Positions 16,453 through 31,897 are shown, counted from the stretch's first letter. The stretch is 64,000 bases of DNA from the human T2T-CHM13v2.0 reference genome, Homo sapiens (GCF_009914755.1 NC_060934.1); one strand, 5' to 3'. Program-made: numbers and translations. Notes: generated from the letters alone by a model not told the origin.

Positions 16453-19400
16453 CTACTAAACTAAGCTTTATAAATAAAGAATAACTAAAGTATTTCCCAG
16501 ACAAGTCAATGCTAAGGAAATCCATCAACACTAGACCAGTTGTACAAAAAATGTTCAAAGGAGTTCTAAACATGGAAATGAAAAGGCAATACTCATCATC
16601 ATAAAAGCACACAAACGTATAAAGCTCACAGGTCTTATAAAGCAATTTCACAATTGAGACTACAAAGCAACTAGGTAACAATTAACATCATAATGGGAAA
16701 AAAATTCATATATCAATATTAACCTTGAATGTAAATGGACTAAATGCTCCACTTAAAAGACATACACTGGAAGAGTGGATAAAAAATAAAATCCAACCAA
16801 ATACTGCTTACAAGAAACCCACCTAATGGGTAAAGATATTTACAAACTCAAAGTAAAGGAGTGGAAAAAGACATTCCACACAAACAGAAAACAAAGAAAG
16901 CAGTAGTGGCTATACTCACATCAGATAAAACAGACTTTAAACCAACAACAGGAAAAAAAGACAAAGAAGGTCATTATAAAATGATAAAAGAATTCAACAA
17001 GAAAATGTAACAATTCTAAATATATATGCACCCAACACCAAAGTACCCAGATTCATAAAACAAATACTACTAGACATAAGAAAAGAGATAGACAGCAATA
17101 CAATAATAATGGGGAATTTCAACACCCCACTGACAGCACTGACAAGGAAGTTTGTAGCTTGCCTACATCAAAAAGACAGGAAGATCTCAAATTAACAACC
17201 AAATGTTGCAACTCAAGGAACTAGAAAAACAAGAACAAACCACACCGAAATCTAGCCTAAGAAAAGAAATAACAAAGATCAGAGAAATTGAGATCAAAAA
17301 AAGAAACAAAGGATCAACAAAAAGTTGGTTATTTGAAAAGGTAAACAGGCTGATATACTCCTTGCTAGGTTAATCAAGAAAAAAATAGAGAAGATTCAAA
17401 TAAGCACAATCAGAAATTATAAAGGAGACATTACAATGGACAATACAGAAATACAGAAGATCATCAGAGACTATTATTAGCACCCCTATGTGCACAAACT
17501 AGAAAACCTAGAGAAAACAGACAAATTCCTGTAAACATACAACTTCTCAAGATTGAACCAGGAAGACATAGAAATCTTGAGCAGACAAATGGCAAGTAGT
17601 TAAACTGAATCAGTAATTTTTTAAAAATCTCCTGACAACAATAACAAAAATCCAGGACAAGAGGGATTCACAGCCAAATTTTGCCAGATGTACAAAGAAG
17701 TAGTACCAATCCTACTGAAACTGTTCCAAATGCTGAGGAGGGAATCCTCCCTTACTCATTCTACAAAGCCAGTATCACCCTGATAACAAAGCCAGGCAAG
17801 GACACAACAAAAAAAGAAAACTATAGGCCAATATCCCTGATAAACATAGACGCAAAATCCTCAACAAAATACTAGCAAACCAACAGCACATCAAAAAGAA
17901 CATCATGATGGGTTTTATTCCAAGGATGCAAGGATGGTTCAACATACACAAATCAATAAATGGGATACACCACACTAACAGAATTAAAAACAAAAATCAC
18001 ATGATCATCTCAACAGATGCAGAAAAAGCATTTGATAAAATTCATTATTTCTTCATGATAAAAGCCCTCAACAAACTAGGCATCAAAGGAACATATATCA
18101 AAATAATAAAAGCCGTATATGACAAACCCACAGCCAACATCACACTGAATATAGAAAAGCTAAAAGCATTCTCCCTAAGAACTGGAACAAGACAAGGATG
18201 CCCACTTTTACCACTCCTATTCAACATGGTAGTGGAATCCTACCTACGGAAAGAAATAAAAGGCATCCAAATTAGAAAGAGGAAGTCAAAGTATCTCTGT
18301 TCACTGATGATATGATCTTATCTCTAGAAAAATCCTAACACTCCTCCAAAGAGTTTTAAATTTGATTAATGACTTCAGTCAAATTTCAGGATACAAAATC
18401 AAGATACAAAAATCAGCAGCATGTCTATCCACCAATAAAATCAAGCTGAGAACCAAATTAAGAACTCAATCCCTTTTACAGTAGCTAGAAAAATAAAATA
18501 AAATACCTAGAAATACATTTAACCAAGGGGGTAAAAGATCTTTATGAGAAGAACTACAAAACACTGATGAAAGAAATTGTAGGTGACACAAACAAATGGA
18601 AAAACATCCCATGCTTGTGAATTGGAAAAATCAATATTGTTAAAATGATCATACTATCCAAAACAATCTACATATTAAATGCAATTCCTATCAAATTACC
18701 AATGTCATTTGTCATGGAATTAGGGGAAAAAAAATCCTAAAATTCCAATGGAATGCAAAAAGAGCCTGAATAGCCAAAGAAATCCTAAGCAAAGAGAACA
18801 AAGCTAGAATAAAGCATCACCTTACCTGACTTGAAATTATACTACGACGCTATATTAACCAAAACACCATGACACTGGTATAAAATAGACACATAGATCA
18901 ATGGAACAGAACAGAGACCAGGAATAAACGACATCTACAACAGACAAAGTCAACAAAAACATGCACTGCGAAAAAGACACACTTTTCAATAAATGATTCT
19001 GGGAACATTGAATAACCATATGCAGAAGAAGGAAACTGGACTCATATCTCTCACCATATGTAAAAATTAACTCAAGATAGATTAAAGACTTAAATATAAG
19101 ACCTGAAACTATAAAAATCCTAGAAGAACACCTCAGAAAAACTCTTCTAAATGTTGGCCTAGGCAAAGAATTTCTGACTGTCATCAAAAACAAATACAAC
19201 AAAAACAGATATAGACACATGGGACTTAATTGAACTAAAAGCTTCCATATAGCAAAAGAAATAATTAACAGAGTAAACAGGCAACCTACACAATGGGAAA
19301 AAAAATGTTTGTAAACTATGCATCTGACGAAGGGCTAATATCTAGAATCTACAAGGAAATCAAACTCAACAAGAAAAAAATAGATAACCCCATTAAAAAT

Positions 19401-20072
19401 GGGCAAAAGACATGAACAGATATTTTTCAAAAGAAGATTTACAAGCAGCCCACAAACAGGTAAAAAAGCTCAACATCACTAGTCATCATTGAAATGCAAA
19501 TTAAAACTACAATGAGATACCATCTTACATCAGTCAGAATAGTTATTATTAAAGAGTCAAAAAACAGATATCAGTGAGAATGTGACAAAAAGGGAATGCA
19601 TATACATTGTTGGTGAGAATGTAAATTGGTACAATCTCTATGGAAAACAGTATGGAGATTTCTCAAATAAAACTGAAAATAGAACTACCATTCAAACCAG
19701 CAATACCACTAGATGTCTACCCAAATGAAAAGAAATCATTATATCAAAAAGACACCTGCACTCATATGTTTACTGCAGCACCATTCACAATAACAAAGTC
19801 ATGAAATAAGTCTAAGTGTTCACCAATAGATGATTGGATAAAGAAAATGTGACATATATATACCATGGAATACTATGCAACCATAAAAATAATGAAATCA
19901 TGTATTTTGCATCAACATGGATGGAGCTGGAGGCCATTATTCTAAATAAAATAACTCAGAAACAGAAAGTCAAATATAGCATGTTCTCACGTCTAAGTGG
20001 GAGTTAAACAGAAGGTATACATGGACATCAGAGGGCAATAATAGACATTGGAGACTCCAAAGGGTGAGAGGG

Positions 20073-20375
20073 GCCAGGTGCGGTGGCTCACGCCTATAAT
20101 CCCAGCACTTTGGGAGGCCAAGGCGGTCAGATTGCTTGAGGCCAGTAGTTTGAGACCAGCCTGGCCAACATGGTGAAACCCCACCTCTACTAAAAATACA
20201 AAAATTAGCTGGGCATGGTGGCAGATGCCTATAATCCCAGCTTCTTGGGAGGCTGAGGCAGAGAATCACTTGACCCCAGGAGGCAAAGGTTGTAATGAGC
20301 CAAGATCATGCCATTGCACTCCAGCCTGGGCGACAGAGTAAGACTCTTGTCTCAAAATAAATAAATAAATAAATT
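20073..20375 (+). mobile_element. AluS in L1PB 3'UTR
   Basis: Full dimer, (TAAA)n tail, flanking GGTGAGAG repeat. Confidence 0.95.
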
Positions 20376-20598
20376 TTTTTAAAGGTGAGAGAGTGGCAGA
20401 GGGGGTAAAGGTTGAAAAATTACCTACTGGGTACAATGTTCACTATTCAGGTCATGGGTACACTAAAAGCCTAAAGTTCACCACTACACAATATATCCAT
20501 GTTACAAAACTGCACTTATACCCCCTAAATCTATGGAAATAATTTTAGAAAATCATTGCCTATTCCAATTTCATGAATATATTCATCTGTGCCTTCTT

Positions 20599-22463
20599 CT
20601 TGGAATTTTTTTTTCAGCCCCCTTGGTCATTGCAAAACAGAAACAAAATTATTCATAAATTGTGGCAGTTCAAGGAACATCTCTGCTGTGTACTTTCTCT
20701 TCCCTCTCCTCTCCAGAGGTGGGAGAAGCAAGTCCTCAGAAGATGCTGCAAGTAGCTGGTTGATGGAAGTTTTTCACTTTATTTTCCATAAAACCAAGAA
20801 TCAATGAGAATTTGTGGGAATGTCCCCTTCCCCAGTTGGGACAATGTATGAGTTGAAGGGGAAGAGTCTCTGTTTACTGGATGGTGCATGTGCAGAGGCC
20901 ATCGAGAAAAGCTGAGCTTGCTGAGTGGGTACGTTCATTGCTAACCTTGTGTACGCACAAACAGGTTGTGATGTCTTGCAGGCAACATGGCTTCTGATCC
21001 TTCCTTTGGATGCAGTAGTCTTTTAAAAAATATATTGTATAATAATAATATGAATTTCTCTCTCTTGGTTGTTTTTTTTTCTGTTTTGTTTGTTTGTGTG
21101 TTTTTCTGTTTCGTTTAGGGATGGGAGTAGGAGGGGAGGGGAAGAAAAAATGTCATTTGTCTATTAGATCCTGAACAAACAGAACTCCTGTATGGCTGAG
21201 TCCAACCTCCTGCAGCATAGGGAAATTGGGCAGCACTTGCCTGGAAAAATTGGCTTCAATTGGAAGCTTTTCAGGGCTTTTTTTCAAGGAGAATAAGAAG
21301 TCATGGATTATTGTTAGAGACTATGAAAAGTGGAATCATCTCTCTACTTGAGAATCACTGTGTAATTTGAAGATAATCTTGACATTTTCAGGGTCATCGG
21401 GGAAATTTCAGGGGCAGGCATTCCAACTTCCTTTCCTTTTCCTCATGTAAATTCTGCTACCATCTCTTCTCTGCCAGCTTTTGCTCTTGCACCTCCTCCT
21501 CCTTCTGCTGCTTAAGCTCCCACTCCTCCCATTTCTTCATTTCTTTCTCCTGGTCAGCCCTGGGAGAAGCCAGGTAGGCCTCATCCTGCTTTTGTCTCAA
21601 CACCTGGGTCTGGTTTCTTTCTTCCCTTTCCAGGCATTCTGACACCAGGTAAGTCTGGTTTGTATCCATGATAGATGTCAGTTGGTTAATGAGGTCATCC
21701 AGTTGAAGGAGGCCTTCTAGCCATCCCACCACAGTCATCCGCTGATCCTTCAGCATCACCATGGCCAGGAATGGATAGGTGTTCTCTCATAACGCCCGCA
21801 AGATCCTGTATCCCTCAGATTTGTTTGTAGAGCATGCCCAGAAGAGCATCCTAGAGAAAGAATTTTAGTGAAATAACTTTGGGTTCACAGAGTGTGTTGC
21901 AACAAAACTTATCAGAGACCTGTTGATCATCTCCAAGAAGATAAACCAAAGAGCGAAGCTCCAGCTTGGCATCATTAAGTGCCTGGCTGTGTGTTCTGGG
22001 CTAGAAGACAAGGTGTGCCCTCCCATATTTCTATTCAAACGCTAGCATAAATGAAACAATGTACCCAACAGGGTCAGTGATCTGGCTGCGAAGGTCAAGC
22101 CATATAAAACAAAGGGCAAACCTAAATATATCAAGTATTGTGTAATAGGTAGACTGGAATGGAAGCATTATCAAGTAATAACCCCATCCAAGCAGACCCC
22201 TCGGTTGTGGTCTTGAGACAACATAGCTGTAGATCCTGTGGTCAGCTGTATTAACCTGCAGGGGTGGGGACGGAGGCGGGTTGAAAACACTCCATACACC
22301 ATCTCGCTCATTCAAGCTGTCCTGTTCAGCAACCTGTATGTTCCAGTTATGCTGTTCCAAGGTCTGGTGATGCTGATCCATAGATTCTATGCCAGTTAGA
22401 TCCTAAAACTGCAGCAGCTTCTCTGTCTGTTCCTGTGTTAGATCCTGCTTCTCAGACATCGCC
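20599..22463 (-). pseudogene. FAF2P1: FAF2 (UBXD8/ETEA) processed pseudogene: intronless CDS remnant 21153-22463 plus partial 3'UTR
   Basis: Translations match FAF2: LEQHNWNI...VNTADHRIYSYVVSRPQPRGLLGWGYYLIMLPF, LEREERNQTQVLRQ.QDEAYLAS, LFVQDL; multiple stops and frameshifts; A-tract at 20606-20614 on the minus strand. Confidence 0.93.
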
Positions 22464-22939
22464 TCTATGCTCCTGCAGAGTTTTATTACTTAACCTTTTA
22501 TATCTATATCTAATATGTCTGCAATTGCTTTTGAGTGAGAGCAGGGTAAAAATTCATTTTCATATGGATATCAAATTGTCCCATCACCACTTATTGAAGA
22601 CTTTCATTTCATTACTATACTACAGTTTCATATTTGTCATTAATCAGATAACTGCATATATTGTGGGTTTGTTTTTGGATTTTCTATTCTGTTGCATTGG
22701 TCTATTTGTCTATCCTCAGGCCCATGAGCTTTGTTATTTTAGCAATATAACAAGTCACGATATCTGGTAGTCTAAGTCCTCAGCCTTCTTCAGAATTGTC
22801 TTGACTGTTCTTGGTTCTTTGCATTTCTAGATGAATTTTAGGATAAATTTGTAAATTTCCACAGGAGGAACAAAAACAGCTACTGGGACTGTTAACTAAA
22901 ATTGAATTAACCAATAAATTCATTTGGAAAAAATTGTTT

Positions 22940-23967
22940 TGTGATGGATTGATTTAGCTAGGCAATACTATATCTCCCAGAATTCTTTTCCCTGATGGTT
23001 TTTGGTTAGGGTGGACCATAGGAGGCCTTTCTTGCAAGAGATTTGGAGAGCAGAAGTAAAGTAGCAGCTATAATTTTTATGTTCACATGTCAGAGCAGGC
23101 GTTGTTATAGCTCATGTACATTGTAGCTAATCTCTTGGCTCACCTTTGTTGGTGTGGAAACAACAGTCAGGTTGTAATTGCTCCAAATTACTCTGAATCC
23201 TCTTTCAACCCCTCCAACTCCTTAGCAAGTGGCACTAGTTTCTCCTGCTGGACACCCACATCACCAAGGTTAGAGGCAATGAGACTTAAGCTGATCCAGG
23301 TTCTGCCTCTGTTCTACCCCCTAATATCCTTCTTTCCTTCTCAATTGTCTGTCATACAGATTTCAAGGTCCAGCATTGGACACAGAGACAACAGCCTTAT
23401 AGAGGCTGTTTTACCAGCTCCTATATTGTGCAAGGTTAAATTCCTATAACAAATCATACATACATATGCATGTGTTTATATTTATGTATATATATATATA
23501 GTGTGTGTGTGTGCACATTGCATTTATGTGTGTACAGTCATGAGTTGCTTAATGATGACGATACATTCTAAGAAATGTGTCATTAAGCAATTTCATCATT
23601 GTATAAATATCATAGAGTGTACTTACGCAAACCTAGATGGTACAGCCTACTCCACAGCTAGGTTATATGGTATAGCCTATTGCTCCTAGGCGACAAAGCT
23701 GTACAGTATGTTACTGTACTGAATACTCCAGGGAATTGGTAACACAATGATATTTGTGTATCTAAACATATTTAAAGAGCATATGCTTGCTCTACGCTAT
23801 TACCACTGCTACAGCATCACTAGGCAGCATAAAGTTTTCAGCTCCATTATAACATTGTATATGCAGTCTGTCATTGACCAAAACTTTGTTATGAGATGCG
23901 TAAGTGTATTTATTTGTTTATCTTATCTTAGTGGTTCTGCCTCTCTGATTGAAACCTGACTGATACA
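22940..23967 (+). mobile_element. MLT2-family (ERVL) solo LTR, old subfamily, interrupted by Tigger3
   Basis: TGTGATGG...CCCAGAATTC...; 3' GGTTCTGCCTCTCTGATTGAAACCTGACTGATACA. Confidence 0.7.
23535..23906 (+). mobile_element. Tigger3a-like DNA transposon
   Basis: CAGTCATG...CATAGAGTGTACTTAC.CAAACCTAGATGGTAC; TA flanks. Confidence 0.8.
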
Positions 23968-25255
23968 AACATCTTTACAATACTGGGTTTTCCAATTCTT
24001 GCTATATCCCTCTACTAATTTGGTTATCTTTAATTTCTCTCAATAATAATTTGTAATTTTTTGACGTGATCTTGCCCATGTTTTATTATATTTATTCCTA
24101 GTTATTTGATGTTTTTGATGCAATTGTAAATTTTATCTTTTTAATTTTCACTTGCAAATGTTTGTTTCTGGTATATAAAATACAAATTACTTTTTTTATT
24201 TTGATCACGTATCTCGCAGCCTTGCTTAAAGTCAGTTATTAATTTTAATAGCTCATGAACTCTTTTGATTTTCTACATACACACTCATGTCATCTGAGCT
24301 GATGTGAGCTTCCTTCTTCCTTTTCTTGCCTTTTTGGACTGGATAGGACCTCCAATAAAATGTTGAGTAGAAATGATGATAGAAGAGAACTTTGTCTCAT
24401 TGCCCATCTCAAAGGGATGTCTTTAAATACTTTACTCTTCACTATTATATTTTCTTTAGGTTTTTCTGTAAATACTCCTTCTCAGATAAAAGAAATTCTT
24501 TCCATTCTTAGTTTGCTAAGAGTTTTTATCACAACTATTCTTTGCCTCATCAAATGCTTTTTCTGTATCCAATAAGTAGGTCATATGATTTTCTCATTTT
24601 TTCTGTTAATGTGATGATTTACACTGATTAATTTTCAAATGTCAAACCAACCTCAACAGAAGCCAATTTGGTCATGATTATTGTATTTTTATACATTGAT
24701 AAATTCAATTTGCTAACATTTTGTTTAGAATTCTTCCATTTCTGGTTTTGAAAGAGATTGGCGTATAATTTTCATTTCTTAAATGTCATTTTCAAACTTT
24801 GGACCTAAGGTAATGCTAGCCTCTTAAAATTAGTTGGGAGTATTTTACCTTTTTATATTCTCTAAGGAAGTTGTGTAAGATTAGTGTTGCCTCTTCCTTA
24901 AATATTTGAAAGAATTCACCCATAAGGTTATCTGGGCCTGAATACTTCTTTATGGGAAGGTTTTAAATTACAGAAGCAACTTATTTAGTAGCTTTGAGTC
25001 TATACAACATTGGCAGGTTGTGTTTAATATCATCTTTTTATATTTCTCATGCCTACGAAATCTGTAGAAATGTCCATTTTTCATTTCTGATGTTGGAATT
25101 GTGTGCTTGCTTGCTCTCATTTGCTCATGCTATCTCCCTCTTTCTCTCTTTCCCTTTGATTTATTTGCTAGAGGCCTGTCAAATTTATTATTATTTTCCA
25201 AGATCCCACTTTTGGTTGTGTTGGTTCTCTCTATTGTGCACTTGTTTGCTATTGA

Positions 25256-25700
<445 letters not shown>

Positions 25701-26316
25701 AACCTTCCTTATTTTCTAATAGTATGCATTTCAAAACTGTAAAATTCTCTATAAGCACAGCTTTAGTAGAAGCTATGCATTTTAATGTTATATTTTCGTT
25801 ATTATTCAATTCAAAATACTATCTAGTTTCCAAGTTCTTATTTGAGCTCTAATGTATTTAGAATTATATTGCTTAATTTAATAACAGTTGAGGGATTTCC
25901 AGTTAACTGTCATTGATGTCTAGCTGGATTTCACTGTTTCAGAGAACACAATCTGTATGGTTTTAAACCTTTGAAAACTTTATGTATACTTTATGGCTCA
26001 GCATATGGTCAATTTTAATAAATGTTCCACGTACACTTGAATTGAATGCATATTCTGTTGTTGTTGGCTGTAATGTTCTACATAGTGTGTTAGGTTAAAT
26101 TTTGTTAATCATATTGTTCAGATCTTCTATATACTTGCTAATGTTTTGTCTGCTTGTTCTACCAGCTTTTGAGAGAGCTATGTGAAAGCATCCCACAATG
26201 ACTGTGGATTTTCCTGTTTCTCCTGGTTCTGTAAGATTTTTGCTTCATATACTTTAAAACCATTTACTGGGTGTATATAGGTATAAAATTGTTATATCTT
26301 TCTAAAGGATTCACCC

Positions 26317-26683
26317 TGTCTTACTCAGTTTGGGCAGCTATAACAAAATACCCTAGACTGAATGACTTAAACATTCAACATTTATTTCTCACAGCTTTGG
26401 ATGTTAGGAGATCCAAGATCAAGGTACCAGCACATTCATTGTCTGTGAAGGCCTTCTTTCTTATTTGCATATGGCTGCATTTTTTTTTTATCCTCACATG
26501 GCAGAGACAGAGATCATCTCTCTCATGTCTCTTATTATAAGTGCACTAATCCCATCATGAGACTCCACTTTCCAACCTCATGAACTACCTCCCAAAGGCC
26601 CCACTTCCATATACCATCACAATGGGGATTAGGGCTTCGATAGAGGAATTTGAGGGAGGAACAGAAACATCCAATCTATAGCA
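26317..26683 (-). mobile_element. MLT1A-like MaLR solo LTR
   Basis: TG...CA termini; TSD CACC(C/T). Confidence 0.8.
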
Positions 26684-27160
26684 CACCTGTTCAAAATCAT
26701 TAAATGTTTCTCTATTTCTAGTAATATTTCCTGCCTTAAAATGTTCTTGTTTATATTGATATAGCTACATTCATTTTCTTTTGACTGGAATTTGCATGAT
26801 ATACTTTTTAATCCATTTACTTTATACTGTCTACGTTCTTATATCAAGCTATGTTTCTTACAAGCAGCTATAGCAGAGTTTTGTTTTCTATCCAATTTCT
26901 GACAATCTTTTAATTGGATTGTTCAGTCCATTTACATTTAATACAATATAATAAGAAATATAAAATATCATTACTAATATGTCTACCATTTTACTACTTG
27001 TTATATATCTCACCCAACTGAGTTTTTTTCTCTCATTTCTTACTTTCCTTTGGATTTAATTAAATAATGCAATATTATTCTATTTTTCATCTATTAATTC
27101 CTTTTACTTTTTTAGTTGTTCTTTTGGTGATTAGCCTAAATATTGCAATTTATTACAGTC

Positions 27161-28053
27161 TATATTATTTTTCTAGGGCTGTCATAACAAATTACCTCAA
27201 ACTAAGTGGCTTATAACAACAAAAATGTTAAAGTTCTGGAGACTAGAAGTCCAAAATCAAGATGTGAGCAGGTTTAGTTCCTTCTGAGGGCTCTGAGAAA
27301 CAGCCTGTTCCATGCTTCTCTCCTAGCTTCTGATGACAGCCAGCAATCTTTGGCATTCCTTGGTGTGATGGTTAATAATGAGTGTCAACTCGATTGGATT
27401 AAAGGATGCAAAATACTGCTCCTGGTGTGTCTGTGTGGGTGTTGCCAAAGGAGATTAACATTTGAGTCAGTGGACTGGGAAAGGCAGACCCACCCTTAAT
27501 CTGGGCAGGCACAATCTAATCAGCTGCCAGTGTGGCCAGAATAAAAAGCAGGCAGAAGAATGTAGAGAGATTAGACTGGCTTAGCCTCCCAGCCTACATC
27601 TTTCTCCTGTGCTGGATGCTTCCTGCCCTCAAACATCAGGCTCCAGGTTCTTGAGCTTTGGAACTCAGACTGGCTTCCTTTCTCCTCAGCTTGCAGACAG
27701 CCTATTGTGGGACCTTGTGATCGTGTGAGTTAATACTCCTTAATATACTCCTTTTTATATATACATCTATCCTATTAGTTCTGTCCCGCTAGAGAACCCT
27801 GACTAATACACTTGACTTGTAGGTGCATCACTCCAATCTAATCTCTGCCTCCATCTTCCCATGGTATTCTCTCTGTATCTCTTGTCCTCACATGGCTGTT
27901 TTCTACTCTATGGTGTCATTCTACTCCAGTATGCCCTCATCTCTAGTTTAATTACATTGGAAATGACCCTGTTTCCAAATAAGGTCACATTCTGAAGTAC
28001 TGGGGTTAGGACTTCAACATACCTTTTGGGGAGGACACAATTTAACCATAACA
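27161..28053 (-). mobile_element. MLT1B/C-like MaLR LTR split by MLT2A
   Basis: CTAGGGCTGTCATAACAAA...CCAAATAAGGTCACATTCTGA. Confidence 0.8.
27364..27810 (+). mobile_element. MLT2A (HERV-L) solo LTR
   Basis: TGTGATGGTTAATA.TGAGTGTCAACT...GAGAACCCTGACTAATACA; TSD CTTG(G/A). Confidence 0.9.
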
Positions 28054-28199
28054 CAGCCTAAAAATTTTTTTTTACCACTTCCCTGACAATGCTAGTACTT
28101 TAGAACACTTTAACTTCATTTACCATATCTTGTCTTTTGTTTTGTTGTTATTGTATATTCAATTTTATATATTTTACATTTTTTTAATTTTTCCTTTTG

Positions 28200-28482
28200 T
28201 TTTCCTTTTTTTGAGACAGTGTCTTGCTCTGTTGCCCAGGCTGCTGGAGTGCAGTGGCATGATCATGAATCACTGCAGCCTCAAACTCCTGGGCTCAAGT
28301 GATCCTTCCAACTCAGCCTCCTGAGTAGCTAGAACTACAGGCATACACCACCATGCCCAATTAATTTTTGTAGAGATGGGTCTCACTATGTTGCCCAGGC
28401 GGGTTTGGAACTGGCCTTGAGAGATCATCTCACCTCATCCTCCCAAAGTGCTGGGATTACAAGCATAAGCCACCAGACCTGG
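28200..28482 (-). mobile_element. AluJ
   Basis: Reverse diverged dimer. Confidence 0.9.
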
Positions 28483-29092
28483 TGAAATTCTGTATGTTTT
28501 AAATTTTAAACAGCATTACTATTGTTGCTTTATACAGTCAAAATACATTCATATATACCCATATATTTAACTCTTTCATTACTCTTCATTTTTTTTTTTT
28601 TGCACTTTCTTTTTCCATCTTAGAACATTTTCTTTCCCAGTTTTTCCTAGTCTGCTGGGACTCCAGTTACATATATGTCAGACCTGTTCATTATGTCCCA
28701 TTTGTCCCTGGTGAAATTCTTTTTTTTTTCTTAATCTATTTTCTCCATATTTTTCTCTATTTTCTTGAATACATTTATTATAGTCATATTAAAATATTTG
28801 TTGACAGCTATAATTCTGGATCACCTGTCTGATTTCTCTCCCCCTCTCTCTTGCTCTCTGCCTCTCTTTCTCTGTCATTTTGTCCTATTTCTTGGTATGC
28901 CTGATACTTTTTGATTGACAGTCAGATACTCTCTGAAAAATTACAGAAGTTTTGGATGATGAAGGAATCTCCAGAGAGGGCTCACCCTTTCCTCTGATAG
29001 GTAGGTAGAATTAGAACCGGCCACTTCAATTCAATCAGGAACTGAGCTAACTCAAAGTTAGGCTGCAGTTTTACTAAGGCTTTTTCCACCTC

Positions 29093-29387
29093 TTTATTTA
29101 TTTATTTATTTATTTTAGAGACACTCTGTTGCCCAAGCTGGAGTGCGGTGGCACAATCCTAGCTCACTGAAGGCTCAGACTCCTGGGCTCAAGCAATCCT
29201 CCCACTTCAGGTTCCCAAGCGGCTAGGACTACAGGTGCATGCCACCATGTCCAGCTAAATTTTTTTATGCATATTTTGTAGAGACAGGGTCTCACTTCAT
29301 TGCCCAGACTGGTCTCAAACTCCTGGCCTCAAGCACCTCAGCCTCCCAAATTGCTGGAATTACAGGTGTGAGCCACTGCACACAGCC
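29093..29387 (-). mobile_element. AluJ
   Basis: Reverse dimer with (TTTA)n tail. Confidence 0.9.
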
Positions 29388-29632
29388 TCTTTCTACCTTT
29401 GTATTACTACCACTCTAGAGCTTAGCTGCTTAAGTTCCAACTAAAAGCCTGGGACTTCTCCAGGTTCCAGCCCCCATGTCACGTTCTGAACTCTAATCCT
29501 TGACTCCTCAGCCATGTGCAACTGCCAGGAACTCCATTCTGCTTTGCCTGGCTTCTTAGGTTCCTGAATTTTACAGCTTCAGAATTCAGCAAAATGGAAA
29601 AAAAACAAAAACAAACAAAACAAAACCACCTT

Positions 29633-29930
29633 GCTGGGCATGGTGGCTCAATCCTGTAATCCCAGCATAAAGTGTGACGATTTCTTGAACTCAGGAGTTT
29701 GAGACCAGCCTGGGCAACATAAGGAGACCCCGTCTCTACAAAAAATAATAATGATAATAAAACAATTATTCAGGCATGGTGACATGTGCCTGTAGTCCCA
29801 GCTACTTAGGAGGCTGAATTGGGAGGATCACTTGAGTCCGGAGATTGAGGCTGCAGTGAGCTGTGATTGTGTCAGTGCACTCCACCCTGGGCAACAGGGA
29901 AACCCTGTCTCAAAAAACAAACAAAAAAAA
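29633..29930 (+). mobile_element. AluJ
   Basis: Dimer with small left-arm deletion. Confidence 0.9.
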
Positions 29931-30892
29931 TGGTCAATTGCTGGGCCCAGCTTTCTGTCCCTCCAGTCTACAATATGTATTTCTTCACACCCACAGGATT
30001 GACAAATGCTCTGATGGCTACTCTGCCTTCCAGCAAAAGCCCTTTCCCCAGGCCCTTTACTGGGTTTTCAGCGACATTCCTTGAGCCCAGAATTGTGAAA
30101 CTCCCCATGGTAAAACATTGTTGCAGAATGTCCTTTCAGCTCTCCATGGTTCTCATCTCTCCAGAATCTTGACCTCTCAAGTTCTGCATTGCCTTAGCAG
30201 CTTCCCAATACCCATAAAGAGCTTTTGGGTTTTTTTAAATCCAATTTTTATACTTTTTCTTAAAGGGTGCATTTTTCTGCCGTAAGTTACTCTGCCTGGC
30301 TAAAAGTAGAAGTCCTAACCACAGAGTTTAGATCTTCCCTTTCGATGAAGCTATTGATTATGTTCAGGAAGTTAGACTGCTAAATAAGAGAGTTTCTCGT
30401 TTTTCTCATCAGGTATATCATGGACTTTAAATCCAAACTGTATAGTAATTAGTGTGCCCTATGGGAAAACATGAATTTAAATTAACAAAAGAATATGTCA
30501 TTGGACTACTTTATCAAGAAATGAATGAGAAAAATAAATATGCAAAATAAAAAACAAAACGTACAATTAATAAAATACATTGAAAACAAATTTTATTCAA
30601 GATTGAAGCAAAAATGTTAAATTTATTTTATGTTGGTATAGACAACTTAATCAAACTATAAAATAAAAGTGGAATTCTTTCCAAAAGTGGTATAGTTCAG
30701 TGAATTACTAGCAGAGGCTTTTTTTACCTCAGATGTACAGAATTGAGTTGATAATATTAATTTCTTAGCAAGCTATCATCATTTATCCATGTTAAACCCC
30801 ACTTTTTAAATTTTTTAATGTAATTATTAGCTTTTTCCTTAATCTCAAATCCCTAGTTCTCAATTCAATTTCCTTTCATAAGCTCTATCTTT

Positions 30893-31430
<538 letters not shown>

Positions 31431-31464
31431 TAGTTTTATAGTTTTGGTCTCATATTTAAGTCTT

Positions 31465-31897
31465 TGTCATGCCAGACCCTTACTGACTTCAGTCAACAGA
31501 GACTGAAGAAGAGGCCCAGAGCCAGTGAACAAGACATAGGGCTTATTGAGAAGACTTATATACAGGGCAGTCCGGTGGCCATGGACTGGGCAGGAGAACC
31601 ACAACTGCTTATAAAAAGCATGCAGTGTATATAGCATTTTCACGTAGCACCCTTCCCCTAGCAATCTCCACCTGGCAACCTTCATTTAACCCAAAACAAA
31701 GTACCTTGATCCCCTACGCTACCTGAGTTCCACAGGATATCCCAGAGGGTTCAGATGTTCCTCACAGATAAGGAATGAATCTGTGGGTTGGCTGTTCCCA
31801 GGTTCCTTAGCTCAGAAGTCTGAACATACATTCTTAAACCATAGGGTTATTCTTAAGGTATGCTTAAGTTATTGCTGCCAGGTGTACCTGCCATACA
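31465..31897 (-). mobile_element. ERV solo LTR (LTR47-like)
   Basis: TG...CA termini; exact 5-bp TSD GTCTT (31460-31464, 31898-31902); minus strand starts TGTATGGCAGGTACACCTG. Confidence 0.8.
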
